From: Gracilimonas sp.
GTDB taxonomy: Bacteria; Bacteroidota; Rhodothermia; Balneolales; Balneolaceae
Reading direction: 5' to 3'
DNA length: 64,000 bases
NCBI GenBank assembly: GCA_034520725.1
Contig: JAXHNH010000009.1
Location: forward strand, 7,252 to 71,251
Part shown: one piece after another, positions 1-10,150 of the stretch
Position numbering within the stretch: the first letter of the stretch is position 1
How the letters are laid out: every line of letters begins with the position of its first letter
Program-made: the position numbers and the translations under genes
The notes under the pieces: model-generated
What the model was told of the DNA's origin: nothing
The model's database searches: none
Seen by the model: only the letters and a program-made list of their open reading frames with translations

Positions 1-128
1 CCAGTATGGATGATGTCCGTGAAAAAACCAAATACGACCTGTTTTATATTGAAAATGCATCGCTAAAAATGGATGCCAAGATCTTGATCAATACCATAAT
101 GACCGTCATTAAAGGAAGGGGACAGTAA
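1..128 (+). CDS. 3' end of a bacterial sugar transferase (WcaJ/WbaP-like), partial
   Basis: Frame from nt 3 reads SMDDVREKTKYDLFYIENASLKMDAKILINTIMTVIKGRGQ*, the typical K-YDL-YI-N-SL-LD-KI C-terminus. Confidence 0.8.
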   Translation, partial: SMDDVREKTKYDLFYIENASLKMDAKILINTIMTVIKGRGQ

Positions 129-131
129 ATT

Positions 132-860
132 ATGAAAAATGATTCACTTATTATTGTCCCCACATATAATGAGTCTCATAATATTGAGCGTTTAATTGAC
201 CGCTTGATGGATTTAGAAACTAAAGTTGACGTCCTCGTTATTGATGATGGGTCTCCGGACGGAACCGCTGATTTTGTTCGTAAATCGATTAGTAAGTACC
301 CTGATCGGATACGAATGATCGAAAGAGAAGGTAAACTTGGTCTTGGGACTGCTTATGTAAGGGGCTTTAATTACGCACTCAGTGAAGGTTACACATACAT
401 TTGTGAGATGGATGCGGATTTTTCGCACGATCCCGACGATGTAGACAAACTTATTGACGAGGTTCGATCTGGCAATACAGATGTTGCAGTGGGTTCCAGG
501 TATTCTAACGGGATCAGTATTATAAACTGGCCACTCAGCAGACTGATACTATCATATGGGGCTAACATTTATGCGAGAACTATAACTGGCTTGCCGATCT
601 TTGATACTACTGCCGGTTTTAAATGTATTCACCGAAAAGTTCTTGAAGAGATCTCCATCGATCGAATCAAATCGAATGGATATGCATTTCAAATAGAACT
701 ACACTTCAGAGCCTGGAAAGCCGGCTTTAAACTGAAAGAGGTTTCCATTGTATTCAGAGAGCGCGAGGAAGGTGTCTCAAAAATGTCCAAAGCCATTGTA
801 AGAGAAGCAATCTGGAGAGTGTGGTCTTTGAAATTTAAAAGTATTTTCGGAACACTTTGA
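132..860 (+). CDS. GT2 polyprenol-monophosphomannose synthase (DPM1-like)
   Basis: IIVPTYNE, DDGSPDGT, EMDADFSHDP, TAGFKC motifs. Confidence 0.9.
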   Translation: MKNDSLIIVPTYNESHNIERLIDRLMDLETKVDVLVIDDGSPDGTADFVRKSISKYPDRIRMIEREGKLGLGTAYVRGFNYALSEGYTYICEMDADFSHDPDDVDKLIDEVRSGNTDVAVGSRYSNGISIINWPLSRLILSYGANIYARTITGLPIFDTTAGFKCIHRKVLEEISIDRIKSNGYAFQIELHFRAWKAGFKLKEVSIVFREREEGVSKMSKAIVREAIWRVWSLKFKSIFGTL

Positions 861-928
861 TCAATTCTGAATTCTTACCTCTACAGAAGATTGCGTATAT
901 TAACAGAGATTAATCCTAAAAAGCAGCT

Positions 929-1885
929 ATGCAATATTTAGAATTTGAACAACCCATTGCTGAACTTGAGAACAAGATAGAAGAGTTAAAAAAACTCTCT
1001 AACGTAAGTGATGGCGTACTTGATAAAGAAATTGAAAGTCTCAATAAGAGGGTGTCCAAACTCCGGTCATCTATCTTCGAGAATCTAACCAGATGGCAAC
1101 GTGTGCAGTTGGCCCGTCATCCGGAACGTCCATATACACTGGATTACATCTACAAGATGACTGAAAATTTTGTAGAACTTCATGGTGATCGATACCACTC
1201 TGATGATAAAGCAATTGTAGGCGGTTTTGCTACGATCGACGGACAGTCGGTGATGGTCATTGGTCATCAAAAAGGACGTGATACCACCAGCCGAAAATAC
1301 CGCAACTTTGGAATGGCTAATCCTGAAGGTTACCGGAAAGCCTACCGTTTGATGAAGCTGGCTGAAAAATTTGATATACCTATCATAACTCTCCTTGACA
1401 CTCCGGGTGCTTTTCCTGGACTGGAAGCGGAGGAACGGGGCCAAGCTGAAGCTATTGCCAAAAACCTGAAAATGATGGCTATGCTAAAAGTGCCTTTCAT
1501 AACCGTTGTAATTGGTGAAGGCGCCAGTGGTGGAGCTATTGGTATTGGCATGGGTAATGAGGTGTACATGATGGAAAATACATGGTACTCAGTGATCTCT
1601 CCTGAATCTTGCTCATCTATTCTATGGAAAACATGGGATTATAAAGAGCAGGCTGCTGCCGTACTCAAATTAACGGCTCCCGATCTAAAAGAAATGAAAG
1701 TTATTGATGGGGTAATTCCTGAACCTCTTGGTGGGGCACATCGTGATCACGATGCTGCTGCGAATGAAGTGAAGAAACAGATATTGACAAGCCTCAAACG
1801 ATTAAAAAAACTGAAGCCGGAAAAGCTCATCGAGCAGCGTATTGAGAAATATGCGAGTATGGGTGAGTGGAAAACAGTGAAGTGA
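929..1885 (+). CDS. accA: Acetyl-CoA carboxylase carboxyltransferase alpha subunit
   Basis: [37 protein letters not shown] motifs. Confidence 0.97.
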   Translation: MQYLEFEQPIAELENKIEELKKLSNVSDGVLDKEIESLNKRVSKLRSSIFENLTRWQRVQLARHPERPYTLDYIYKMTENFVELHGDRYHSDDKAIVGGFATIDGQSVMVIGHQKGRDTTSRKYRNFGMANPEGYRKAYRLMKLAEKFDIPIITLLDTPGAFPGLEAEERGQAEAIAKNLKMMAMLKVPFITVVIGEGASGGAIGIGMGNEVYMMENTWYSVISPESCSSILWKTWDYKEQAAAVLKLTAPDLKEMKVIDGVIPEPLGGAHRDHDAAANEVKKQILTSLKRLKKLKPEKLIEQRIEKYASMGEWKTVK

Positions 1886-1889
1886 TCGC

Positions 1890-2312
1890 GTGAATTTTCC
1901 TGATAAGTCCCCCATCATTGAATACACCCACGAGCTTAGAAGCCGTTATGGTGAAACTGACAGAATGGGATACGTATATTACGGCCGATATCTGGAGTAT
2001 TTTGAAGTTGCACGTACTGAAATGATCCGTTCTTACGGTCTTTCGTATCGGGAAATGGAAGAATCCGGGGTTATGCTTCCTGTTATTCACACAGAAATTG
2101 AGTACAAGATCCCGATCCTATACGATGAGAAGATGCGGATAAAAGTAATGGTGTTTGATACACCGGCAGTCCGGCTTCAAACATTTTATGAGGTAACCAC
2201 TTTGGGATCTGATAATGTGCATATTTACGGAGAAGTGTCCCTGTGTTTCATGGATGCTGAAACCCGTCGCCCTTGCAGGGCCCCTGAAAGCTTTATTAAC
2301 AGTATCACATAA
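1890..2312 (+). CDS. YbgC/FadM-family acyl-CoA thioesterase
   Basis: RYGETDRMGYVYYGRYLEYFEVAR hot-dog fold signature. Confidence 0.9.
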   Translation: MNFPDKSPIIEYTHELRSRYGETDRMGYVYYGRYLEYFEVARTEMIRSYGLSYREMEESGVMLPVIHTEIEYKIPILYDEKMRIKVMVFDTPAVRLQTFYEVTTLGSDNVHIYGEVSLCFMDAETRRPCRAPESFINSIT

Positions 2313-2317
2313 TAAAA

Positions 2318-2782
2318 TTGACTGTGAATAAAACTCAGATCCATAACAGAGGACTCTATTTTTCTGTTGCTGGCGCATCTGTAATATTATTTGTTTTGGC
2401 ACTTGGACCGGGACTCTTTGGAAGCACAAATACTCATCTTTTGAGTTGGCAGTATGAAGGTTTTGATCTTTTATGCCATCAAATTCCCAGCCGGTCTTAT
2501 CATCTTTCAGGAATTTCAATGGCAGTCTGTAGCCGGTGCATAGGTATTTATGGGGCAATTATGGGGGGATGGTTGGCTCTTCCTATCCTTTCAAAAATGA
2601 AAATTACCCATAAAAGTAAAATAGGGTGGTTAATTGGACTGATTATTTTAAATTTGGCCGATGTATTCGGTAACTTTTTCGACATGTGGTCGAATACTCT
2701 AAATACCAGATTTGCATTAGGAGCTATGCTGGGATTATCAGTTGCTATGCTATTTAACAATGATTTTTTCCCAAAAAAATAA
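2318..2782 (+). CDS. DUF2085-like membrane protein
   Basis: LCHQIPSRS...MAVCSRCIGIY motif with TM helices. Confidence 0.75.
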   Translation: MTVNKTQIHNRGLYFSVAGASVILFVLALGPGLFGSTNTHLLSWQYEGFDLLCHQIPSRSYHLSGISMAVCSRCIGIYGAIMGGWLALPILSKMKITHKSKIGWLIGLIILNLADVFGNFFDMWSNTLNTRFALGAMLGLSVAMLFNNDFFPKK

Positions 2783-2793
2783 ACGGATAAGAC

Positions 2794-3351
2794 ATGGAAA
2801 ATGAACAAATAGTGCCAAATTACTGGAATTCGGTTTTAATAGGCGCTCTGACAGTGGCTTTGATAACGGGTGGTCTCGGAATTATTCTTATGTATTACGT
2901 TGCCGGGGCAGAACCTTCAATGACACTTATGGTGGTATCGGGACTGACGCTTCCGTTGACTTGTCTTTTTGGACTGGTGGGTGGAATAATTGCCACAAGA
3001 CATTATGCTAAAACTTTTGACATAACCTTTTCAATAGGGCAAGGAGCCTTGATTGGTCTACTGACAGGAGCAATAGCTGCCATATTTGCTACGCTTATAA
3101 GTCAGCTTTGGATGATGATCGATCCCGCTTTGATGGAGAACTTTTACGATAATATGATCTATTCAATGGAACAGATCGGTATGCCACAGGCACAGCTAAA
3201 TGATACTATCGACACTATGCAGCAAACCAGAGAGCAGCAACAATCTTTAAGTGGAATTGCCTTAGGTTTGTTGACAAATGCTGTGATACTTGGAATTGTA
3301 AACGCAATCACGGGAATGGTCGGGGCGAAAATATTTGCCTCCGAGGAATAA
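2794..3351 (+). CDS. DUF4199-like membrane protein
   Basis: Four hydrophobic helices with a helical soluble loop; F-FSIGQGALIG pattern. Confidence 0.6.
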   Translation: MENEQIVPNYWNSVLIGALTVALITGGLGIILMYYVAGAEPSMTLMVVSGLTLPLTCLFGLVGGIIATRHYAKTFDITFSIGQGALIGLLTGAIAAIFATLISQLWMMIDPALMENFYDNMIYSMEQIGMPQAQLNDTIDTMQQTREQQQSLSGIALGLLTNAVILGIVNAITGMVGAKIFASEE

Positions 3352-3357
3352 ATAAAT

Positions 3358-4305
3358 TTGATGGAACAAAATTTAAATTCAAATTCGGATAATCAGGAAA
3401 ATTCAGAGATCCAACAAAACATACCTTGGGTAGAACGTAACGGTTTTGCCCATTGGGCGGTGGCTTTAGGGTGGGTTCTTATCGCCCTTATTGCCTTTAA
3501 TATTGTAGGTGCTATTGTTGGTGTGGCAGGAATATTACTTACTTCAGATAATCTGGATCCTGAAGCCATGATGCAGGATCTAACATCCAACTTTGATATT
3601 CTTTTTCTGGCGAATTCGTCCGGTCAGATCCTGATCATGGCGTTAGCTACTATGCTGCTGGTTAAATTACATGCTGTAAAAGGGGAAAGAAAGGAATTTC
3701 TCCGGTTAAAGTTATCGGCCAATGTATGGCATGTTACACTTGTCGGGGCAATGCTATTTGTTGTGGCTCAACCCACTATACTATTCTTAGGGTGGCTGAA
3801 CTCGTTCGTACCGGTTCCGGATGTTATGGCAGAAATGCAGGAAACTATGGCTGAAATGATCACCACATTTCTGAAATCAGATAATGCTTTGGTTCTTGGC
3901 GTTATTCACATTGGTGTTGTTCCTGCGATCTGTGAAGAGATCATGTATCGTGGATATGTGCAGCGAGCATTGGAAAAGAGCTGGGGAATAATCGCAGCCA
4001 TTTTGATCTCCGGAGCTTTATTTGGAGCCTATCATCTGCAAATTTCTAATTTTATTCCCCTTGCAACATTGGGTGTATTTCTGGCTTATCTGACCTATGT
4101 ATCCGATAGTTTGATACCGGCCATGGTGGCTCATTTTGTAAATAACGGTGGACAGGTGATAGCCAGCAATTATTATCCCGAAATGTTGGATCAGAAAGTC
4201 TCTCCTGAAATGGAAATTCCGATCTTTTTGGTGCTGATAAGTGTAGTAGGGACGACATTTTTATTATACTACCTGCATCAGATCAAATTAAAAGGAGCTG
4301 AATGA
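3358..4305 (+). CDS. CPBP/Abi-family intramembrane glutamic endopeptidase
   Basis: PAICEEIMYRG, FGAYHL, AHFVNN motifs. Confidence 0.9.
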   Translation: MMEQNLNSNSDNQENSEIQQNIPWVERNGFAHWAVALGWVLIALIAFNIVGAIVGVAGILLTSDNLDPEAMMQDLTSNFDILFLANSSGQILIMALATMLLVKLHAVKGERKEFLRLKLSANVWHVTLVGAMLFVVAQPTILFLGWLNSFVPVPDVMAEMQETMAEMITTFLKSDNALVLGVIHIGVVPAICEEIMYRGYVQRALEKSWGIIAAILISGALFGAYHLQISNFIPLATLGVFLAYLTYVSDSLIPAMVAHFVNNGGQVIASNYYPEMLDQKVSPEMEIPIFLVLISVVGTTFLLYYLHQIKLKGAE

Positions 4306-4595
4306 TGGGTTTTTTCTCTGACTCTCCCAAACCAAACGATATAGATAACTGGGTTTGTGTAATGGAAGCAAGCACTGACCTGGAAGTGGAGATGGCTAAG
4401 AATTATCTTTCTAACTTAAAGATCCCATCAAATATTCTGTCTAAAAGAGATTCGGCCTATAGCCTGACGGTGGGTGAAATGGCTATGGTTTATTTATACG
4501 TGCCTGTAGAATTCAAAGAGAAAGCCATAAAAGCCTTAGAGGAACTTGAAGAGGAAAACCCAGATTTTAATCCTGACAATGACTCAGAGGAGTAG
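4302..4595 (+). CDS. DUF2007-like small protein
   Basis: WVCV...EVEMAKNYLSNLKIPS...LYVP..F-EKA pattern; operonic overlap with upstream gene. Confidence 0.6.
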   Translation: MMGFFSDSPKPNDIDNWVCVMEASTDLEVEMAKNYLSNLKIPSNILSKRDSAYSLTVGEMAMVYLYVPVEFKEKAIKALEELEEENPDFNPDNDSEE

Positions 4596-4597
4596 GT

Positions 4598-5419
4598 TTG
4601 AGTGAACTCGCAAAACGCATTCTTTTCGCAGTTCCTGCAGCAATACTGTTCATATATCTCACCTGGATCGGTGGCTGGTATTTCAAAATTTTCATTATTC
4701 TGATCGGCTACTTTATTCAACAGGAAGTAATGCGATTGATGGAAGGTGCTGGTCAGCCAACCGATCAATATTTTCCATACACCATAGGTTTATGGATCAT
4801 GTTATACCCTGTGTTACCTCATGCTTTTGAGATCGGTTTAGGAATATTTCTCATCTTTATAGCAGTTCAAACATTTCGCGACAGCAAAGACAGTATCAGT
4901 CAGTTAAGCACCTCTTTCTTTGCCGGACTCTATGCCCCTATAGGCATGTTAAGTCTGATGTTGATCCGTGATACAGGTGCCAGTGAAACCGGATTCGTGC
5001 TTACCATTGCTACCATGTTAATGGTATGGGGAGGTGATATTTTTGCTTATTTTGGAGGCAAAAGCTTTGGGAAGAACAAACTGGCACCAACCATCAGTCC
5101 GAATAAGACTTGGGAAGGATTCTATTCCGGTTACTTTGGGTGCTTTATAGGTTTGTTGATCGCACTGAAACTCATCCCGATTGAGACCACTTTAACCCTG
5201 GCACTTGCACTTCCAATGGTGCTGCTGGTTGGGACATTCGGTCCTTTTGGTGATCTGATCGAGAGTAAGATCAAAAGAAAGGCCGGTGTAAAAGACTCAT
5301 CTAATATGCTACCGGGTCATGGCGGTTTCTTTGACCGATTTGATGCCGTTATTCTTGCTGCTCCGGCAGTCTATGTTTATATAAAGCTCATTCAGGAATT
5401 TGATCATGTCACATTTTGA
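4598..5419 (+). CDS. cdsA: Phosphatidate cytidylyltransferase
   Basis: DIFAYFGG, KLAPTISPNKTWEG, GDLIESKIKR, KDS...PGHGG..DRFD. Confidence 0.95.
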   Translation: MSELAKRILFAVPAAILFIYLTWIGGWYFKIFIILIGYFIQQEVMRLMEGAGQPTDQYFPYTIGLWIMLYPVLPHAFEIGLGIFLIFIAVQTFRDSKDSISQLSTSFFAGLYAPIGMLSLMLIRDTGASETGFVLTIATMLMVWGGDIFAYFGGKSFGKNKLAPTISPNKTWEGFYSGYFGCFIGLLIALKLIPIETTLTLALALPMVLLVGTFGPFGDLIESKIKRKAGVKDSSNMLPGHGGFFDRFDAVILAAPAVYVYIKLIQEFDHVTF

Positions 5420-6437
5420 TGTTTCGTGGAAAGTAATACCGCTAAAATTAAAAGAGGTATTCACTATTGCACGAGGGTCAAAGTCTGAGGTCCGAAACGT
5501 TTTTCTAAAGATCACCAAAGACGGGATAACCGGTTATGGTGAAGCAGGACCAAATACCCGGTATGATGAAACGGATAAAAAGGTTGTCAACTTCTTTGAA
5601 TCTCTACCCCATGATTTCTTTGATGATCTGACCGATGTTTCAGAGATCAAACCTAAACTAGAAAGTCTGAATCTATCAAATATCTTTTCAGCCAGAACGG
5701 CCGTTGAAATGGCTTGGCTAGATTGGTGGGCAAAATCTGAATATTTGCCTTTGTGGAAATTATGGGATTATGAATCTCCGGTTGGACCTGTTACCTCATA
5801 CACCATAGGAATTGATACGCCTGAGAAGATGCAGCAAAAAGTAAGGGAGGCGAGTCAATATCCTGTGTATAAGATCAAATTGGGTACTGATAAAGATCGT
5901 GTGATCATCAGAGCCATTCGGGAAGTGACGGATAAGCCGCTTCGGGTAGATGCCAATGAAGGTTGGACGACCCTGGAGCAGGCTAAGTGTGAAGTTGAGT
6001 TTCTTGCATCACAAAACGTGGAATTGATAGAACAGCCTATGCCGGCTAGTGAAATTGAAATAATGCGGGATCTGAAACAGTGGTCACCGTTGCCGTTAGC
6101 TGCCGATGAAAGTTTTACCGGAACCGAAAGCCTGAATGAAATCGCTGAAGCATTTGATGTCATTAACATTAAATTGATGAAGATCGGAAGCCTGCATAAG
6201 GCAAGGGAAGTTATTAAGCAGGCTAAACAGTTGGGATTGGATATTATGATCGGCTGTATGATCGAGAGTTCGCTTGCGAATGCAGCCGGGGCATTGCTTG
6301 GATTGCAAGCTGATTACGTTGACCTGGATGGTCATTTATTGATATCTAATGATGTTTGTACAGGTTTGATTGTAGATGAAAATGCGAGAGTAATTCTATC
6401 CGATAAGCCCGGATTTGGAGTTGAATGTGAATGTTAA
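5406..6437 (+). CDS. Dipeptide (L-Ala-D/L-Glu) epimerase, enolase superfamily
   Basis: FTIARGSK, YKIKLG, RVDANEGW, IEQP, ADES, NIKLMK, GCMIES, DLDG; ATG at 5406 preferred over TTG at 5400. Confidence 0.9.
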   Translation: MSHFDVSWKVIPLKLKEVFTIARGSKSEVRNVFLKITKDGITGYGEAGPNTRYDETDKKVVNFFESLPHDFFDDLTDVSEIKPKLESLNLSNIFSARTAVEMAWLDWWAKSEYLPLWKLWDYESPVGPVTSYTIGIDTPEKMQQKVREASQYPVYKIKLGTDKDRVIIRAIREVTDKPLRVDANEGWTTLEQAKCEVEFLASQNVELIEQPMPASEIEIMRDLKQWSPLPLAADESFTGTESLNEIAEAFDVINIKLMKIGSLHKAREVIKQAKQLGLDIMIGCMIESSLANAAGALLGLQADYVDLDGHLLISNDVCTGLIVDENARVILSDKPGFGVECEC

Positions 6438-6487
6438 GATGATGATATGTGGTTATACATGTACTTAGAACAAATAAATATCACAAA

Positions 6488-7384
6488 ATGAATATTCTTA
6501 TCACAGGCGGAACCGGATTTGTAGGCGACGAATTAAGAACGATGCTTCTTAAAGAAGGTCATAATCTTGTTATTGTAACGAGAAGTCCTAAAAAATACGA
6601 AGACGAAAATGCCCAGAATCAGCGGTTTATCTCCTGGGAAGATGATCTTGTTTCAGAAATGGAAGAAATGGATGCAGTGATCAACTTTGCGGGGGAGAGC
6701 ATCTTTGGTCAGCGCTGGACAGAAGAAGTGAAAAAGCGCATCATGGGCAGTCGCATTAGAACCACGGAACGCTTGGTTGAAGCAATGGAAAAAGCTAAGA
6801 ACCGACCTGAAGTCTTTATATCCGCATCCGCATCGGGCTATTACGGGGACAGAGGTAGCGAGGTGCTCACAGAAGATGAACCTTCTTCAGATGATTTTCT
6901 TGCCCGGGTATGTGTTCAGTGGGAGAAAGCTTCTCATAAGGCAGAAGAGTTAGGAGTGCGTGTTGCAAATCCCCGGATCGGAATTGTACTCGAAAAGGGC
7001 GGGGGTGCATTAGAAAAGATGATTCCTCCTTTTAAATTTTATGTGGGAGGTCCTATTGGCAGTGGAGAACAATATATGAGTTGGGTCCACCGTACGGATT
7101 TGTGTAACGCTGTTATATTTCCTCTTCATAATGAAGAAGTAAAAGGCCCATATAATGTTTGTTCTCCTAATCCTGCAACAATGAATGAATTTTCTGAGAT
7201 GTTAGGTGATATTATGCGAAGACCTTCATTCTTTAGGGTACCAAGATTTGCATTGGACATCATATTGGGAGAAGCTGCAAAACCCGTTACGGACAGTATC
7301 AGAATGCAGCCCAAAAAATTACAAGTGGCCGGATTTGAATTCCGATTTGAAGAATTGGAAGAAGCGCTGGCTGATATACTTTAA
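6488..7384 (+). CDS. TIGR01777-family NAD-dependent epimerase/oxidoreductase (YfcH-like)
   Basis: MNILITGGTGFVG start at 6488; SASASGYYG; RIGIVL; GSGEQYMSWVH. Confidence 0.9.
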   Translation: MNILITGGTGFVGDELRTMLLKEGHNLVIVTRSPKKYEDENAQNQRFISWEDDLVSEMEEMDAVINFAGESIFGQRWTEEVKKRIMGSRIRTTERLVEAMEKAKNRPEVFISASASGYYGDRGSEVLTEDEPSSDDFLARVCVQWEKASHKAEELGVRVANPRIGIVLEKGGGALEKMIPPFKFYVGGPIGSGEQYMSWVHRTDLCNAVIFPLHNEEVKGPYNVCSPNPATMNEFSEMLGDIMRRPSFFRVPRFALDIILGEAAKPVTDSIRMQPKKLQVAGFEFRFEELEEALADIL

Positions 7385-7393
7385 TTCTTTCAG

Positions 7394-10048
7394 CTATTGA
7401 ACTTCATCTTCTTCTGTTTCTTGCTTGTTAATGGTCCAGCAACGTAACCCTTCCCGTGTTTGCGCTATTAACTCTTTGAGCCCATCGCCGTTAATATCCG
7501 TTATCAGAACATGCTTCATTCCGGATGTCGGGAGATTAAAAAGTCGCCTATCAGTCAGTACCTCCCATGCAAATAGTCTGCCAAATTCAGCCAGTGCCAA
7601 CACCTCTCTGTTCAGGTCCCCGTTGATGTCAGTTATAATAGGAGCGAATGTGGAAGAAGCTGGTTGTCCCAGGCTTTTTGTATATCTGAGTTTCCCGGCT
7701 TCATTATACAGGAAGATCGATCCGCTTGTGCTTTGAGTCACGATCAAGTCTTCGTTGTAAAATCCGGTTGAGTCTTTGAGCAATACGTTAGGCTGTACCT
7801 TCAGTGACGAAATTTCACTGTTGGATACGTAAAGTGACCTGATACCAACTGAGTCTTCTGAAATAACAGAAGCAAGGGAATCAGCAAAAACCGGATTCGT
7901 ACCGATGGAGTAGACGTAGCCATCTGAAGCTCCGGCTAGTACCTGATTCTTAAAATGAACTGGTGAACCTGTAAAAGGTGCATTTATAAATTGAGGGTAT
8001 CCCGGTCGGGCATTACCATTGCGCAGCCAACTGTGTAAAATATTTTCTGAGAATGCCCATAATGACCAAGTGTCATCCACCAAACTAAATACCGGCTTTG
8101 TGTTCACCACAGTATTGGTATTTTGAGGCCAGCCTCTTACGTTGTCACCTCGTCCGTCAAGCACATGAACCTTGCGGTCTTGTGTAGCTACTACGATCTC
8201 AGGAACTCCGTTTCTGAGAACATCCTGAACCAGTATTGGGGCTGAGATCTGTTCTCCCACTTCGATTGGGAAGCGGGGTAAGAGATCCCCATTTTCATTC
8301 CACGCAAATATCTTGGAACCTGCTGCCTGTATAACGATCTGTTGATTGTTTCCGTACCAGTCGTAAAGAGCCGGACTCCCAACGGGTTCCAATCCGTTTG
8401 TGGTTGTTTCCATGGCAATAGTTCCATCCATGGCCAGAGCCAGAACGCGTCCACTTTGGGTAGATATTACAATTTCATCCGCCGAACTTCCCACCAGGTC
8501 ACCCAAAACAGGTGTGCCGCTCAGGTCATTATTGGATAAGGGTACCACCCATAATTCTTCGTAGGGGACACTCGAACCTTCTTTGGAAAAGGTATTTAGT
8601 TTAAGATCGACTGTATTACTGCTCGCTGTGAACGTCATAGCTGTGAGGTCAAAACGACTGAGCACTCCCCCGGCTGTGGTTTCCGGTTTCAGGTAAGGAG
8701 TAATGTATTTCAGAAATTCATTGGAATCAGTCCATACAAAACCGCTAACGGCTTCAGGTAAGTTATCTCTCATGGAGGAATAAGTATCCTCGTAGTAAAT
8801 AACGCGGCGACGAATACGGTCGGAATTAACACTTTCGGCCAGTCCTTTTCGTTTAGCGATCACTGCAACATCACTGGAGAAGGCCAGGTAAAAGTCACGG
8901 AGGTTACTCAATTCTGAACCGATCAATTCACCCAATACACGGCTGCTGATCTGATAGGTGTTGTCCTGACGATCAATAAGACCTTCGTTATTGAGTTCAA
9001 ACATTTCCTGACGAAACTGGCTCAGGTTGCGGATCTTCCTCATAAACAAATATTCACCTTCTTCCTGTAATCCGGATTCAGGAAAGGATTCAAAAGCGAA
9101 CTCAGACGACATAGTGTTGGCGATCTCCTGATAACGATCCACGTCATTCAAAAGAAGTGAATCCAATGGAGTCATGAAAGAGTCTTGCGGTTTGGCGGGA
9201 ACTGTGGTCACAGGCAGGCGCATAATTGCAAAGGTTGCCACATTACTGGCAATGTGCCTGTCGAGCGTGATGGGCTTGTTTTCAAAGGTAAAGGCGTCAA
9301 CCAATATTGAGCGGTTATCCAATAAGGGAATGGTACCTGTTAACTCTACATTGGCCGTGGTGTCTTCAATAAATTGAGTATTTATGATAGCCGGTGCGGT
9401 TCCACTGAAGGAATCCATAAGCCCGGGGCGACTGCTTACCTGTGCATATTGCTCTATCCATTTATCAAGTTTAGGGGTATTTAATACCAGCGAGCTTCTA
9501 GGTGGCTCACTGCCTAGTTTGATAGCAGGAGATTTGCCAACGTAACTGCGAATGGCGTTTTCGATCAGTAGGCTGGATTTGGATAGAATGAGGTTATCTC
9601 GAACCTGAGCTGCGTACAATTCATCTCTGTTAAAGAACAGACGATGAATGGTCATTTCATTAAATCGGTAATTATTTTGGGTAAAAGGCTGATAAAAATT
9701 TGAAGCCCAATTTTTCAGGTTGTTATCACTGAAATCGATAATGTAGAGCAGCTCTGAATTTGTAGAAGTTACAGGATTTAAAACCAGGGCCTTTATTTTG
9801 AGCTGTGTATTCAGGTTGTCTCCCAGGCCGGCAACTTGCTGAATACCTGATGGGGTCATATCATCCAGATATGATGCATATTCTTTGGCAATAATATCCT
9901 GTACATTTATACCCTGATCAGGGACAACCACAAAAGTGGAATTTTCCGGGATCAGTTTATGCCATTCATTATTCGGTGTGGAAGAACAGGCAGAAACAAA
10001 ACTTAAAATGAAAAAAGTAATTAAGATGTTTGTAGAGCGTTGCATCAA
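7394..10048 (-). CDS. Large hypothetical lipoprotein with C-terminal FG-GAP/beta-propeller-like repeats
   Basis: Lipobox-like SFVSAC; repeated DINGDL/DINGDG/DVLRNG motifs. Confidence 0.6.
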   Translation of the reverse strand: MMQRSTNILITFFILSFVSACSSTPNNEWHKLIPENSTFVVVPDQGINVQDIIAKEYASYLDDMTPSGIQQVAGLGDNLNTQLKIKALVLNPVTSTNSELLYIIDFSDNNLKNWASNFYQPFTQNNYRFNEMTIHRLFFNRDELYAAQVRDNLILSKSSLLIENAIRSYVGKSPAIKLGSEPPRSSLVLNTPKLDKWIEQYAQVSSRPGLMDSFSGTAPAIINTQFIEDTTANVELTGTIPLLDNRSILVDAFTFENKPITLDRHIASNVATFAIMRLPVTTVPAKPQDSFMTPLDSLLLNDVDRYQEIANTMSSEFAFESFPESGLQEEGEYLFMRKIRNLSQFRQEMFELNNEGLIDRQDNTYQISSRVLGELIGSELSNLRDFYLAFSSDVAVIAKRKGLAESVNSDRIRRRVIYYEDTYSSMRDNLPEAVSGFVWTDSNEFLKYITPYLKPETTAGGVLSRFDLTAMTFTASSNTVDLKLNTFSKEGSSVPYEELWVVPLSNNDLSGTPVLGDLVGSSADEIVISTQSGRVLALAMDGTIAMETTTNGLEPVGSPALYDWYGNNQQIVIQAAGSKIFAWNENGDLLPRFPIEVGEQISAPILVQDVLRNGVPEIVVATQDRKVHVLDGRGDNVRGWPQNTNTVVNTKPVFSLVDDTWSLWAFSENILHSWLRNGNARPGYPQFINAPFTGSPVHFKNQVLAGASDGYVYSIGTNPVFADSLASVISEDSVGIRSLYVSNSEISSLKVQPNVLLKDSTGFYNEDLIVTQSTSGSIFLYNEAGKLRYTKSLGQPASSTFAPIITDINGDLNREVLALAEFGRLFAWEVLTDRRLFNLPTSGMKHVLITDINGDGLKELIAQTREGLRCWTINKQETEEDEVQ

Positions 10049-10150
10049 TAAGAAAAAATAAGCTGTTTAGGATATTATGTAATGACTAATGGCAGTAAGC
10101 ATAAAAAGTTCCTGTCAGAAAAAACAAAGGTAACATTTTTTGAGCGCTAA

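Noticed and set aside
10060-10100. dif site
   Set aside because: Only a partial TTATGT match; no XerC/XerD arm symmetry.
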